A stretch of DNA of 64,000 bases, taken from assembly GCF_009914755.1 (NCBI RefSeq), contig NC_060940.1. One strand, given 5' to 3'. Below, one piece after another: positions 28,877 through 54,903 of this stretch. A program made the position numbers and the translations under genes. The stretch is from the human T2T-CHM13v2.0 reference genome, Homo sapiens. A model generated the notes under the pieces. The model had not been told where the DNA came from. It did no database searches and saw only the letters and a list, made by a program, of their open reading frames with translations. The stretch's first letter is position 1, and every line of letters begins with the position of its first letter.

Positions 28877-31800
28877 ATCCAAACTGCCCAATCAAAAGAG
28901 AAGTTCAACTCTGGGAGATGAAGGCACACATCACAAAGAAGTTTCTCAGAATGCATCTGCCTACGTTTTATGTGAATATATTATCTGTTTCACAATAAGG
29001 TTCAATCTACTCACAAATATTCCTCTGCAGATTCTAAAAAAAAGGCTGTTTCCAAAATTCTCAAACAGAGAAGTTCAAATCTGTGAGATGAATGCACACA
29101 TCACAAATAGATTCTTAGAGAGCTTCTGTCCAGTTTTTATGTGAAGTTATTTCCTTTTTCACCATAGACCTCAAAGTGCTCCAAATATCCATTTGCAGAG
29201 TCTACAAAATGACTGTTTCCAAACTGCTCAATCAAAAGAAAGATTCATCTCTCTGAGATGAAATCACACATCACAAAGAAGTTTCTCAGAATGCTTCTGT
29301 CAAGTTTTTATGTAAAGATATTTCCTATTTCACAATAGGCCTCAATGGGGTCACAAATATCCCTTTGCAGATTCTAGAAAAACTGTTTCCAAACTGCTCA
29401 ATCTAAAGAAAGGTTCAACTCCATGAGATGAATTCACACATCACAAAGAAGTTTCTCAAAAAGCGTCTGTCTAATTTTTATGTGAAGATGTTTCCATTTT
29501 CACCATATGCCTGAAACCACTGATGAATATCCATCTGCAAATACTAAAAAGAGACAGTTTCCAAACTACTCAATCTAAAGAAAGGTTCGACTCCCTGAGA
29601 TGAATGCACACATCACAAAGAAGTTTCTCAGAATGTTTCTGTCTAGTTTTTACGTGAAGGTATTTTATTTTTCACCATAGGTGTCAAGGCACACCAAATA
29701 TCCATTTGCAGATTCTACAAAAAGACTGTTCCCAAATTTCTCAATCAAACGAAAAGTTCAACTCTGTGAGTTGAAAGCACACATCACAAAGCAGTTTCTC
29801 AGAATGCTTCTGTCTAGTTTTTATGTGAAGATTCTCCTATTTCACCATAGGCGTCAATGGGGTCAAAAATATCCCTTTGTAGATTCCACAAGAAACTATT
29901 TATAAACTGCTCAATCAAAAGAAAGGTTCAACACTGAGATGAATGCACACATCACAAAGAAGTTTCTCAGAGTGCTTCTGTATAGCTTTTATGTGAAGAT
30001 GTTTCCATTTTCACCATAGACCTCAAACTGCTCACAAATATTACTCTGCAGATTATAAAAAAAGACTGTTTCCAAACTGCTGAATCAAAAGAAAGTTTCA
30101 AATCTGTCAGATGAATGCACACATCACAAAGAAGATTATCAGAAATATTCTATTTAGTTTTTATTTGAAGATATTTCCTTTTTCACCACAGGCAGCAAAG
30201 CACTCCAAATATCCATTTGCAGATTCTAAAAAAAGGCTGTTTCCAAACTTCTCAATCAAAAGAAACGTTCAACTCTGTGAGATGAATGTGCACATAACAA
30301 AGAAGTTTCTCAAAAAATTTCTGTTTAGTTTTAATTTGAATATATTTCCTTTAATATTTCCAATTAAATTGAATATATTTAATTTGAATATATTTAATTT
30401 GAATATATTTTCACCATAGGACTCAAAGCACTCCAAATATCCACTTGCAGATTTTTCAAATAGACTGCTTCCAAACTGCTCAATCAAATGAAAGGTTCAA
30501 CACTGTGAGATGAATGCACACATGACAAAGTAGTTTCTCAAAAAGCTTCTGCCTACATTCTATGTGAAGATATTTCCTTTTTCACCATAGGCCTCAAAGC
30601 ACTCCAAATATCCATTTGCAGATACTACAAAAAGAGTGTTTCCAAACTGCTTAATCAAAAGAAAGGTTCAACTCTGTTAGATGAACACACACATCAGAAA
30701 GAAGTTTCTCAGAATTCTTCCGTCTAGTTTTTATGTGAAGATATTTCCTATTTCACCATAGGCCTAAAAGTGGTCACAAATATCCCTTTGCAGATTCTAC
30801 GAAAAACTGTTTCCAAAGTGCTGAATCAAAAGAAAGTTTCAATTCTGTGAGATGAACGCACACATCAGAAAGTAGTTTCTCAGAAAGCTTCTGTCTAGTT
30901 TTTATCTCAACATATTTCCTTTTTCACTATAGGCTACAAAGGGCTCACAGGTATCATTTGCAGACTCTAAAAACACGTTTACAAACTGTTTAATAAAAAG
31001 AAAGTTGAATTCTGTGAGACGAATGCACACATCACAAAGAAGTTTCTCAGAAAGCTTCAGTCTAGTTTTTAAGTGAAGATATTTCCTTTTTCACCATGGG
31101 CCTCAGAGGGCTCAAAAATATACCTTTGCAGACTCTATAAAAAGACTGTTTCCAAACTTCTAAATCAAAAGAAAAGTTCAACTATGTGAGATGAATGTGC
31201 ACATCTCAAAGAAGTTTCTCAGAATGCTCCTGTCTAGTTTTCATGTGAAGATATTTCCTTTTTCACCATAGGCCTGAAACCACTCACAAATATCCCTTTG
31301 AAAATTCTACAAAAAGACTGTTTCAAAACTGCTCAATCAAAACAAAGGTTCAACTCTGTGAGATGAATGCACACATCACAAAGAAGTTTTTCAGAAAGAT
31401 TCTGACTAGTTTTTATTTGAAGATATTTCCTTTTTCACCATAGGATTCAGAGCACTCCACATATCCATTTGTAGATTCTACAAAAAGACTGTTTCCAAAC
31501 TGATCAATCAAAAGAAAGTTTCAACACTGTGGGATGAATGCCCGCATGACAAAGAAGTTTCTTAGAAAACTTTTATCTATTTTCTATGTGAAGATATTCC
31601 CTTTTTCACCATAGGCCCCAAAGTGCTCCAAATATTCATTTGCAGATTCTACAAAATCCTGTTTCCACACTGCTCAATCCAAGGAAGGGTTCCATTCTGT
31701 GAGATGAAAGCACACATCACAAAGAATATGCCAGAAAGCTTCTGTCTAATTTTTGTGTGTATATATTTCTTTTTAACTATAGGACACAAAGCGCTCAGAA

Positions 31801-33635
31801 TTATCCCCCTGCAGATTGTACAGAAAGACTGTTTCCAAACTGCTCTATCAAAAGAAAGGTTCAACTCTGTGAGTTGAATGCACACATCACAAAGCAGTTT
31901 CTCAGAATGCTTCTGTCTAGTTTTTATATGAAGATATTTCCTTTTCCACCATAGGCCTCAAGGTGCTCCAAATATCCACTTGCAGATTATCAAAAAATAG
32001 TTGTTTGAAAACTGCTCAATCAAAAGAAAGGTTCAACTCTGTGAGATGGATGCACACATCACAAAGAAGTTTCTCAGAAAGAGTCAGTCTAGTTTTTATT
32101 TGAACATATTTCCTTTTCCACCATAAGCCTCAAAGTGCTCCAAATATCCATTTACAGATTATACCAAAAGACAGGTTCCAAACTTCTCAATCTACAGAAA
32201 ATTTCAACTTTATGAGATGAATTCACACATCACAAAGGAGTTTCTCACAACGCTTCTGTCTAGTTTTTATGTGAAGATATTTTCTGTTTCACAATAGGCC
32301 TCAATGAGGTCACAAATATCCCTTTGCAGATTCTACAAAAAACTCTTTCCAAACTGCTCCAGCAAAGGAAAGGTTCAAATCTTTGAGAAGAATGCACACA
32401 TCACAAAGAAATTTCTCAAAAATCGACTGTCTAGTTTTTATGTGAAGATACTTCCTTTTTTACTATAGAACTCAAACCGCTCACAAATATCCCTCTGCAG
32501 AATCTACAAAAAGACTGTTTCCAAACTGCTCTATCAAAAGAAACGTTCAACTCTGTGAGATGAATGCACACATCACAAAGAAGTTTCTCAGAATTCTTCA
32601 GTCTAGTTTTTATGTGAAGATATTTCCATTTTCACCATAGGACTGAAAACGCTCCAAATGTCCATTTGCAGATCCTTCAAAAAGACTTTTTCCAAACTGC
32701 TCAGCCAAAAGAAAGGTTCAACTGTGCGAAACGAAAGCACACATCACAAGGAAATTTCTCACAATGCTTCAGTCTACTTTTTATTTGAAGATAGTTACAT
32801 TTTACCCACAGGCCTCAAAGCACTCCAAATATCCATTTGCAGATTCTACAAAAAGACTGTTTCCAAACTGCTCAATCAAAAGAAAGATTCATCTCTGTGA
32901 GATGAATGCACAAATCACAAAGTAGTTTCTCAGAAATCTTCAGTCTAGTTTTTATGTTAAGATATATCCTTTTTCACCACAGGCCTCAAAGCACTCCAAA
33001 TATCCATTTGCAGATTCTACGAAGAGACTATTTCCAAACTTTTCAATCAAAGGAAAAATTCAACTCCATGAGATGAAAGCACACATCACAAAGAAGTTTC
33101 TCAGAATGCTTCTGTCTAGTTTTATGTGAAGATATTTCCCATTTCACCATAGGCCACAATGGGGTCACAATTATCCCTTTGCTGATTCCATAAGAAATTG
33201 TTTCCAAACTGCTCAATCAAAAGAAAGATTCAACACTGTGAGAAGAAAGCACACATCAGAAAGAAGTTTGTCAGAAAGTTTCTGTCTAGTTTTTATGTGA
33301 AGATATTTCCTTTTTCACCATAGGACTCAAGGCGCTCCAAATATCCATTTGCAAATACTTCAAAAAGACTGTTTCCAAACTGCTCAATCAAAAGAAAATT
33401 TCAACACAGTGAGATGAATGCACACATCACAAAGAAGTTTCTCTGAAAGCTTCTGTCTAGTTTCTATGTGCAGATATTTCCTTTTTCACCATAGGCCTCA
33501 AAGCGCTCCAAATATCCATTTACAGATTCTACAAAAAAGCTGTTTCCAAACTTCTCAATCAAACGAAAGGTTCAACTCTGTGAGATGAAAGCACACATCA
33601 CAAAGTAGTTTCTCAGATGCTTCTGTCTAGTTTTT
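28877..33635 (-). repeat. Monomeric alpha satellite (older layer)
   Basis: Units with TTCCTTTTTCACCATAGG, ATATCCCTTTGCAG, GACTGTTTCC, AGAAAGCTTC variants, the same class as the inverted block. Confidence 0.95.
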
Positions 33636-39289
<5,654 letters not shown>

Positions 39290-39291
<2 letters not shown>

Positions 39292-39967
39292 GGTGTCTGT
39301 CTGCCCCTACCAGGGGGTGCATCCAAGTTAGGCTGCTCAGGGGTCAGGGACCCACTTGAGGAGGCAGTCTGCCCATTCTCAGATCTCCAGCTGCATGCTG
39401 GGAGAACCACTGCTTTCCTCAAAGCTGTCAGACAGGGACATTTAAGTCTGAAGAGGTTACTGATGTATTTTTGTTTGTCTGTGCCCTGCCCCCAGAGGTG
39501 GAGCCTACAGAGGCAGGCAGGCCTCCTTGAGCTGTGGTGGGCTCCACCCAGTTCAAGTTTCTGGGCTGCTTTGTTTACCTAAGTGAGCCTGGAGAATGGC
39601 AGGCGCCCCTCCCCCAGCCTCACTGCCACCTTGCAGTTTGATCTCAGACTGCTGTGCTAGCAATCAGTGAGACTCCGTGGGCATAGGACCCTCCAAGCCA
39701 AGTGTGGGATATAATCTCCTGGTGCGCCGTTTCCTAAGCCCTTTGGAAAAGTGCAGCATTTGGGTGGGAGTGGCCCGATTTTACAGGTGCTGTCTGTCAC
39801 CCCTTTCCTTGACCAGGAAAGGGAATCCCTGACCCCTTGCACTTCCTGAGTGAGGCAATACCTCGCCCTGCATTGGCTGGTGCACGGTGCACTGAAATCA
39901 CCTGTCTTCTGCATCGCTCACGCTGGGAGCTGTAGACTGGAGCTGTTCCTCTTCGGCCATCTTGGCT
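39290..39967 (-). promoter_or_regulatory. Inverted L1 5'UTR segment (YY1 site kept; ~72-bp internal deletion)
   Basis: Collinear on the top strand with 54095-54844 of the minus-strand L1; YY1 motif GGCCATCTTG at 39955-39964; deletion junction GGTGCACT|GAAATCAC at 39893/4. Confidence 0.88.
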
Positions 39968-40077
39968 GAGGGTCCTGTCTGTTAGAAGGAAAACTAACAA
40001 ACTGAAAGGACATCCACACCAAAAAACCATCTGTACATCACCATCTTCAAATACCAAAAGTAGATAAAATCACAAAG

Positions 40078-41094
40078 ATGGGGAAAAAACAGAGCAGAAA
40101 AATTGGAAACTCTGAAAAGCAGAGTGCCTCTCCTCCTCCAGAGGAATGCAGTTCCTCACCAGCAATGGAAAAAAGCTGGATGGAGAATGACTTTGATGAG
40201 CTGAGAGAAGAAGGCTTCAGATGATCAAACTACTCCAAGCTACAGGAGGAAATTCAAACCAAAGGCAAAGAAGTTGAAAACTTTGAAAAAAATTTAGACG
40301 AATGTATAAGTAGAATAACCAATACAGAGAAGTGCTTAAAGGAGCTGATGGAGCTGAAAGCAAAGGCCCGAGAAATACATGAAGAAGGCAGAAGCCTCAG
40401 GAGCTGATGCAATCAACTGGAAGAAAGGGTATCAGTGATGGAAGATCAAATGAATGAAATGAAGTGAGAAGGGAAGTTTAGAAAAAAAAGAATTAAAATA
40501 AATGAACAAAGCCTCCAAGAAATATGGGACTATGTGAAAAGACCAAATTTACGTCAGATTGGGGTACCTGAAAGTGACAGAGAGAATACAACCAAGTTAG
40601 AAGTGACTAAGCAGGATATTATCCAGGAGCAATTCCCCAATCTAGCAAGGCAGGCCAACATTAAAATTCAGGAAATACAGAGAATGCCACAAAGATACTC
40701 CTCGAGAAGAGCAACTCCAAGACACATAATTGTCAGATTCACCAAAGTTGAAATGAAGGAAAAAATGTTAAGAGCAGCCAGAGAGAAAAGTCTGGTTAGC
40801 CACAAAAGGAAGCCCATCAGACTAACAGCTGATCTCTCAGAAGAAAATCTACAAGCCAGAAGAGAGTGGGGGCCAATATTCAACATTCTTAAAGAAAAGA
40901 ATTTTCAACCCAGAATTTCATATCCAGCCAAACTAAGCTTCATAAGTGAAGGAGAAATCAAATCCTTTACAGACAAGCAAAGGCTGAGAGATTTTGTCAC
41001 CACCAGGCCTTCCCTAAAAGAGCTCCTGAAGGAAGCACTAAACAGGGAAAGGCACAACCAGTACCAGCCACTGCAAAATCATGCCAAAAGGTAA
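40078..41094 (+). pseudogene. L1 ORF1p, disrupted by in-frame stops
   Basis: ATG at 40078, 339 codons to TAA; first premature TGA at 40222-40224; RRATPRHIIVRF and YPAKLSF motifs. Confidence 0.93.
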
Positions 41095-41157
41095 AGACCA
41101 TCAAGATTTGGAAGAAACTGCATCAACTAACGAGGAAAATAACCAGCTGACATCATA

Positions 41158-45948
<4,791 letters not shown>

Positions 45949-47016
45949 ATAATCAGAACACATGGACACAGAAAGGGAAAGATCCCACTCTGGGGACCGG
46001 TGTGGGGTGGGGGCAGGGGGGAGGGATAGCATTAAGAGATATACCTAATGCTAAATGACGAGTTAATGGGTGCAGCACACCAGCATGGCACATGTATACA
46101 TATGTAACTAACCTGCACATTGTGCACATGTGCCCTAAAACTTAAAGTGTAAAAATAATAAAACAAAATAAAAAATAAATAAATAAATAAAACCGCTTTG
46201 GATTTGTTTATTAATCTCACAGAGTTAAAACTTTATTTTGATTCTTCAAGTTGAAAACACTATTTTTGTGGGATCTATGAAGAAACATTTCAGAGCTCAT
46301 TGAGGCCAGTGGTGAAAAACCGTGTATGCTCCATTAAAAACTACAAAATCCTGTGTGAAACCAGTTTGTGATGTGTGGTTTCATCTTACAGAGTTAAACC
46401 TTTTTTTTTTTTATTCAGAAGTTTGGAAATACTTTTTTTGTGAAACTTATGAAGGGACATTTTGGAGCCTATTTAGGCTAAGGCAGAAAAATCAAATATC
46501 CCACGATAAATACTAGAAGGAAGTTATCTGTGAAACCACTTTGTGATGTGTGGATGCACTTCAAATAGTTAAACCATTCTTTTGATTGAGTAGCTTGGAA
46601 ACACTCCTTTTTTGGATTCCACAAAGGGAAACTTCAGAGCTTATTGAGGCTTATGGTGAAGAATTGAAAATCCTGAAATAAAAAGTAGGAGGAAGTTATC
46701 TGTGAATCCCCTTTGTGATATGTGGATTTGTGTCACAGAATTATATCTTACTTTTGATTCAGCAGGTTGTAAACACTCTTTTTGTGGAATCTACAAAAAA
46801 TCATTTTGAAGCCCTTTGAAGCCAGTGGTGAAAAACTGAATATTCCATGATAAAAACTAGAAAGAAGGTATCTGTCATATGGCTTTGCAATGCATGGATT
46901 CATCTCACAAAGTTAAGCCTTTCTTTTTCTTCAGCAGGTTTGAAAACCTTGTTTAGTGGAATCTAGGCAGGGACATTTCAAAGCCCATTGAGGCTAACGG
47001 TGATAAACACAATATT

Positions 47017-47041
47017 CCCCCCCCACACACACACACACACA
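47017..47041. repeat. C8(AC)8 microsatellite
   Basis: CCCCCCCCACACACACACACACACA. Confidence 0.9.
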
Positions 47042-48050
47042 AATAGAAGCCCTCTGTGAAACCAGTTTGTGATGTGTGGATTTATCTCACAGGGTTAAAA
47101 CTTTATTTTGATTCAGCAGGTTGGAAGCACTTTTTTGTGGAATCTACAAAGTGTCTTTTCAGATCCCTTTGAGGCCAATGGTGGAAACTGAATATCCCAC
47201 AATAAAAACTAGAAAGAACCTATGGGATAACCTGCTTAGCAATGTTTGGATTCATCTCACAGAGTAGAACTTTCTTTTGATTCAGTAGTTGGAAACACTC
47301 TTTCTGTGTCATCTATGAAGGGACAATTTGGAGCCATTTAATGCCAATGGTGAAAATCCGGTGATAAAAAAATAGAAATAAGCTATCTATGGAACTGCTT
47401 TGTGATGTGTGGATCCACCTCACAGAGTTATACCTTGCTTTGGAATCAGCAGTTTGGAATCTCCTTTTGTGGAATCTAGGTAGGGACATTTCAGAGCCCA
47501 TTGATGCCAGCGGTGAAAAACACAATATCCCTGATGAAACTAAAAAGAAGCCATCTATGCCACCACTTTACAATGTGTGCACATATCTCACAGAGTTAAA
47601 CCTTTCTATTGATTCAGCAGTTGAAAACCCTGTGTTTGTGGAATCTATGAAGGGACATTTCAGAGCCCATTGAGGCCAATGTTGGAAACACAAATATCCC
47701 GTGATAATATCAACATAGAAGTTATCTGGGAAACAGCATTGTGATGTGTAAACTCATCTCACTAAGTTAAACCTTGCTTTTGATTCATCAGGTTGGAAAC
47801 ACTCTTTTTGTGGAATCTGGGAAAGTACCTTTCGAAGCCCATTGGGACCATTAATGAAAAACAGAATATCCTATGATAAAAACTACAAAGAATCTATGTG
47901 AGAAACTGCTTTGTGATGTGAGAATTCATCTCACAGATTTATACCTTTTGGTTGATTCAGCAGATTGGAGACACTCTTTTTGTTGAATATACAAAAGGAC
48001 AATTCAGAGTCCATTGAGGATAATAGTGAAAAACGAAATATCTCATGAAA

Positions 48051-48052
48051 AC

Positions 48053-48087
<35 letters not shown>

Positions 48088-48095
48088 CACACACA
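48051..48095. repeat. (AC)n microsatellite, ~22 units, one interruption
   Basis: Read directly from the sequence. Confidence 0.95.
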
Positions 48096-48926
48096 GAAAT
48101 AAACTGTCTGTGAAACCTCTTCATGATGTTTGGATTCGCCTCAGAGAGTTAAACTTTTCTTTTGATTCAGGAGGTTGGAAAGACTTCTCTTTTGGAATCT
48201 ATGGAGGCACATTTAGGAGACCATTGATGCCAATGCAAAAAAACAATATCCCACGTTAAAAAGTAGAATGAAGCTGTCTGTGAAACCGCTTTGTGATGCG
48301 TGAATTCATTTCACAGAGTTAAACCTTTCCTTTGATTAAGCAGATTGGAAGCACTCTTTTTGTTGAATCTGTGAAGGGACATTTCAGAGCCAACTGAAGC
48401 CAATGATGAAAAATTAAATGTCCTGCGACAAAAACTAGAAGATATCTGTGAAAGCATTTTGTGATGTGTGGATTCATCTCACAGAGATAAACCTTTTTCT
48501 TTTCTTGATTCGTCAGGTTGAAAACACTCTATCTGTGGAATCTACAAAAAGATATTTCAAAGACCATTGAGGCCAATCGTGAAAAATTGAATAGCCCGCA
48601 ATAAAAACTAAAAAGAAGCTATCGGTGAAGCTGCTTTGCAATGTGTGGATTGATCTCATAGATTTAAACCTTTTTTTTTTTTATTCACCAGGTTGGAATC
48701 ATTCTTTCTTTTTACTTTTTTTATTATATTTTAATTTTAGGGTACATGTTCACAAAGTGCAGTTTTGTTACATATGTATACATGTGCCATGTTGGTGTGC
48801 TGCATCAATTAACTTGTCATTTAACATTAGGTATATCTGCAAATGCTATCCTTCCCCCCTCCCCCCACCCCACAGCAGCCCCCAGTGTGTGATGTTCCCT
48901 TTCCTGTGTCCATGTTTTCTCATTGT

Positions 48927-52748
<3,822 letters not shown>

Positions 52749-52811
52749 TATGATGTCAGCTGGTTATTTTCCTCGTTAGTTGATGCAGTTTCTTCCAAAT
52801 CTTGATGGTCT

Positions 52812-53827
52812 TTACCTTTTGGCATGATTTTGCAGTGGCTGGTACTGGTTTTGCCTTTCCCTGTTTAGTGCTTCCTTCAGGAGCTCTTTTAGGGAAGGCC
52901 TGGTGGTGACAAAATCTCTCAGCCTTTGCTTGTCTGTAAAGGATTTGATTTCTCCTTCACTTATGAAGCTTAGTTTGGCTGGATATGAAATTCTGGGTTG
53001 AAAATTCTTTTCTTTAAGAATGTTGAATATTGGCCCCCACTCTCTTCTGGCTTGTAGATTTTCTTCTGAGAGATCAGCTGTTAGTCTGATGGGCTTCCTT
53101 TTGTGGCTAACCAGACTTTTCTCTCTGGCTGCTCTTAACATTTTTTCCTTCATTTCAACTTTGGTGAATCTGACAATTATGTGTCTTGGAGTTGCTCTTC
53201 TCGAGGAGTATCTTTGTGGCATTCTCTGTATTTCCTGAATTTTAATGTTGGCCTGCCTTGCTAGATTGGGGAATTGCTCCTGGATAATATCCTGCTTAGT
53301 CACTTCCAACTTGGTTGTATTCTCTCTGTCACTTTCAGGTACCCCAATCTGACGTAAATTTGGTCTTTTCACATAGTCCCATATTTCTTGGAGGCTTTGT
53401 TAATTTCTTATTATTCTTTTTTCTCTAAACTTATCTTCTCACTCCATTTGATTCATTTGATCTTCCATCACAGATACTCTTTCTTCCAGTTGATTGAATT
53501 GGCTACTGAGGCTTGTGCATTCATCACGAAATCTTGTGCAGTGGTTTTCAGCTCCATCAGGTCCTTTAAGGACTTCTCTGCATTGGTTATTCTAGTTAGC
53601 CATTCGTCTAAATTTTTTTCAAGATTTTTAACTTCTTTGCCACGGATTAGAACTTCCCTCTTTAGCTCGGAGTAGTTTGATTGTCTGAAGCCTTCTTCTC
53701 TCAACTCATCAAAGTCATTCTGCATCCAGCTTTATTCCATTGTTGGTGAGGAGCTGCATTCTTTTGGAGGAGGAGTAGTGCTCTGATTTTTCGAGCTTCC
53801 AGTTTTTCTGTTCTGTTTTTTCCCCAG
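52812..53827 (-). pseudogene. L1 ORF1p, disrupted (ATG>CTG, frameshift)
   Basis: Minus strand reads AAGCTGGGGAAAAAA at the start position; fragments 53468-53725 and 52812-53372. Confidence 0.9.
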
Positions 53828-54853
53828 CTTTGTGGTTTTATCTACTTTTGGTCTTTGATGATGGTGATGTACAGATGGGGTTTTGGTGTGGATGTCCTTT
53901 CTGTTCATTAGTTTTCCTTCTAATAGTCAGGACGCTCAGCTGCAGGTCTGTTGGAGTTTCCTGGAGGTCAACTGCAGACCCTCTTTGCCTGGGTAGCAGC
54001 GGAGGCTGCAGAACAGTGGATATTTTTGAACAGCAAATGTTGCTGCCTGATCATTCCTCTGGAAGTTTTGTCTCAGAGAAGTACCTAGCTGTGTGAGTTT
54101 TCAGTCTGCCCCTACTTGGGGGTGCCTCCCAGTTAGGCTACTCAGGGGTCAGGGACCCACTTGAGGAGGCAGTCTGTCCATTCTCAGATATTCAGCTGCA
54201 TGTTGGGAGAACCGCTACTCTCTTCAAAGCTGTCAGACAGGGATATTTAAGTCTGCAGAGGATGCTGTTGCCTTTTGTTTGTCTGTGCCCTGACCCCAGA
54301 GGTGGAGTCTACAGAGGCAGGCAGGTCTCCTTAAGCTGCAGTGGGCTCCACCCAGTTCAACCTTCCTGGCCACTTGGTTTACCTACTCAAGCCTCGGCAA
54401 TGGTGGGCACCCCTGCCCCATCCTCACTGCCGCCTTGCAGATTGATCTCAGACTGCTGTGCTAGGAATGAGCAACGCTCCATGGGCATAGGACCCTCTAA
54501 GCCAGGCACGGGATATTATCTCCTGTTGTGCTATTTGCAAAGACTGTTGGAAAAATGCAGTATTAGTGTGGGAGTGACCCGATTTTCCAGGGGCCGTCTG
54601 TCACCCCTTTCTTCTACTAGAAAAGGGAATTCCCTGACCCATTGCACTTCCCAGGTAAGGCGATGCCTCACCCTGCTTCAGCTCATGCTCAGTGTACTGC
54701 ACCCACTGTCCCGCATCCACTATCCAACACTCCCCAGTGAGATGAACCTGGTACCTCAGTTGGAAATGCAGAAATCACACATCTTCTGTGTCGCTCATGC
54801 TGGGAGCTGTAGACTGGAGCTCTTCCTATTCGGCCATCTTGGCTCCATCCCCA
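53828..54853 (-). promoter_or_regulatory. L1PA4 5'UTR (sense and antisense promoter region)
   Basis: YY1 motif at 54832-54841; RUNX3-type TGCATTTCCAACTGAGGTA (reverse complement of 54752-54770); retains the ~126-bp segment 53956-54081 matching the ZNF93-bound region lost in younger L1s; CpGs largely decayed. Confidence 0.8.
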
Positions 54854-54903
54854 GAATCAATCTTTTTGTAGAATCTAGGAAGGAACATTTCAGAGCTTAT
54901 TGA
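54400..54903 (+). other. L1 antisense ORF0-like open frame (167 aa) running into alpha satellite; expression unknown
   Basis: GCAATGG start; MVGTPAPSSLPPCRLISDCCARNEQ... matches ORF0 N-terminus MAGAPPPASLPPCSLISDCC; no stop until 54901-54903. Confidence 0.6.

Larger units (their letters stand above)
46191..48707 (+). repeat. Ancient, highly diverged monomeric alpha satellite (spacer between the inverted L1s)
   Basis: ~170-bp units GATTCAGCAGGTTGGAAACACTCTTTTTGTGGAATCTA..GGGACATTTCAGAGCCCATTGAGGCCAATGGTGAAAA. Confidence 0.9.
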
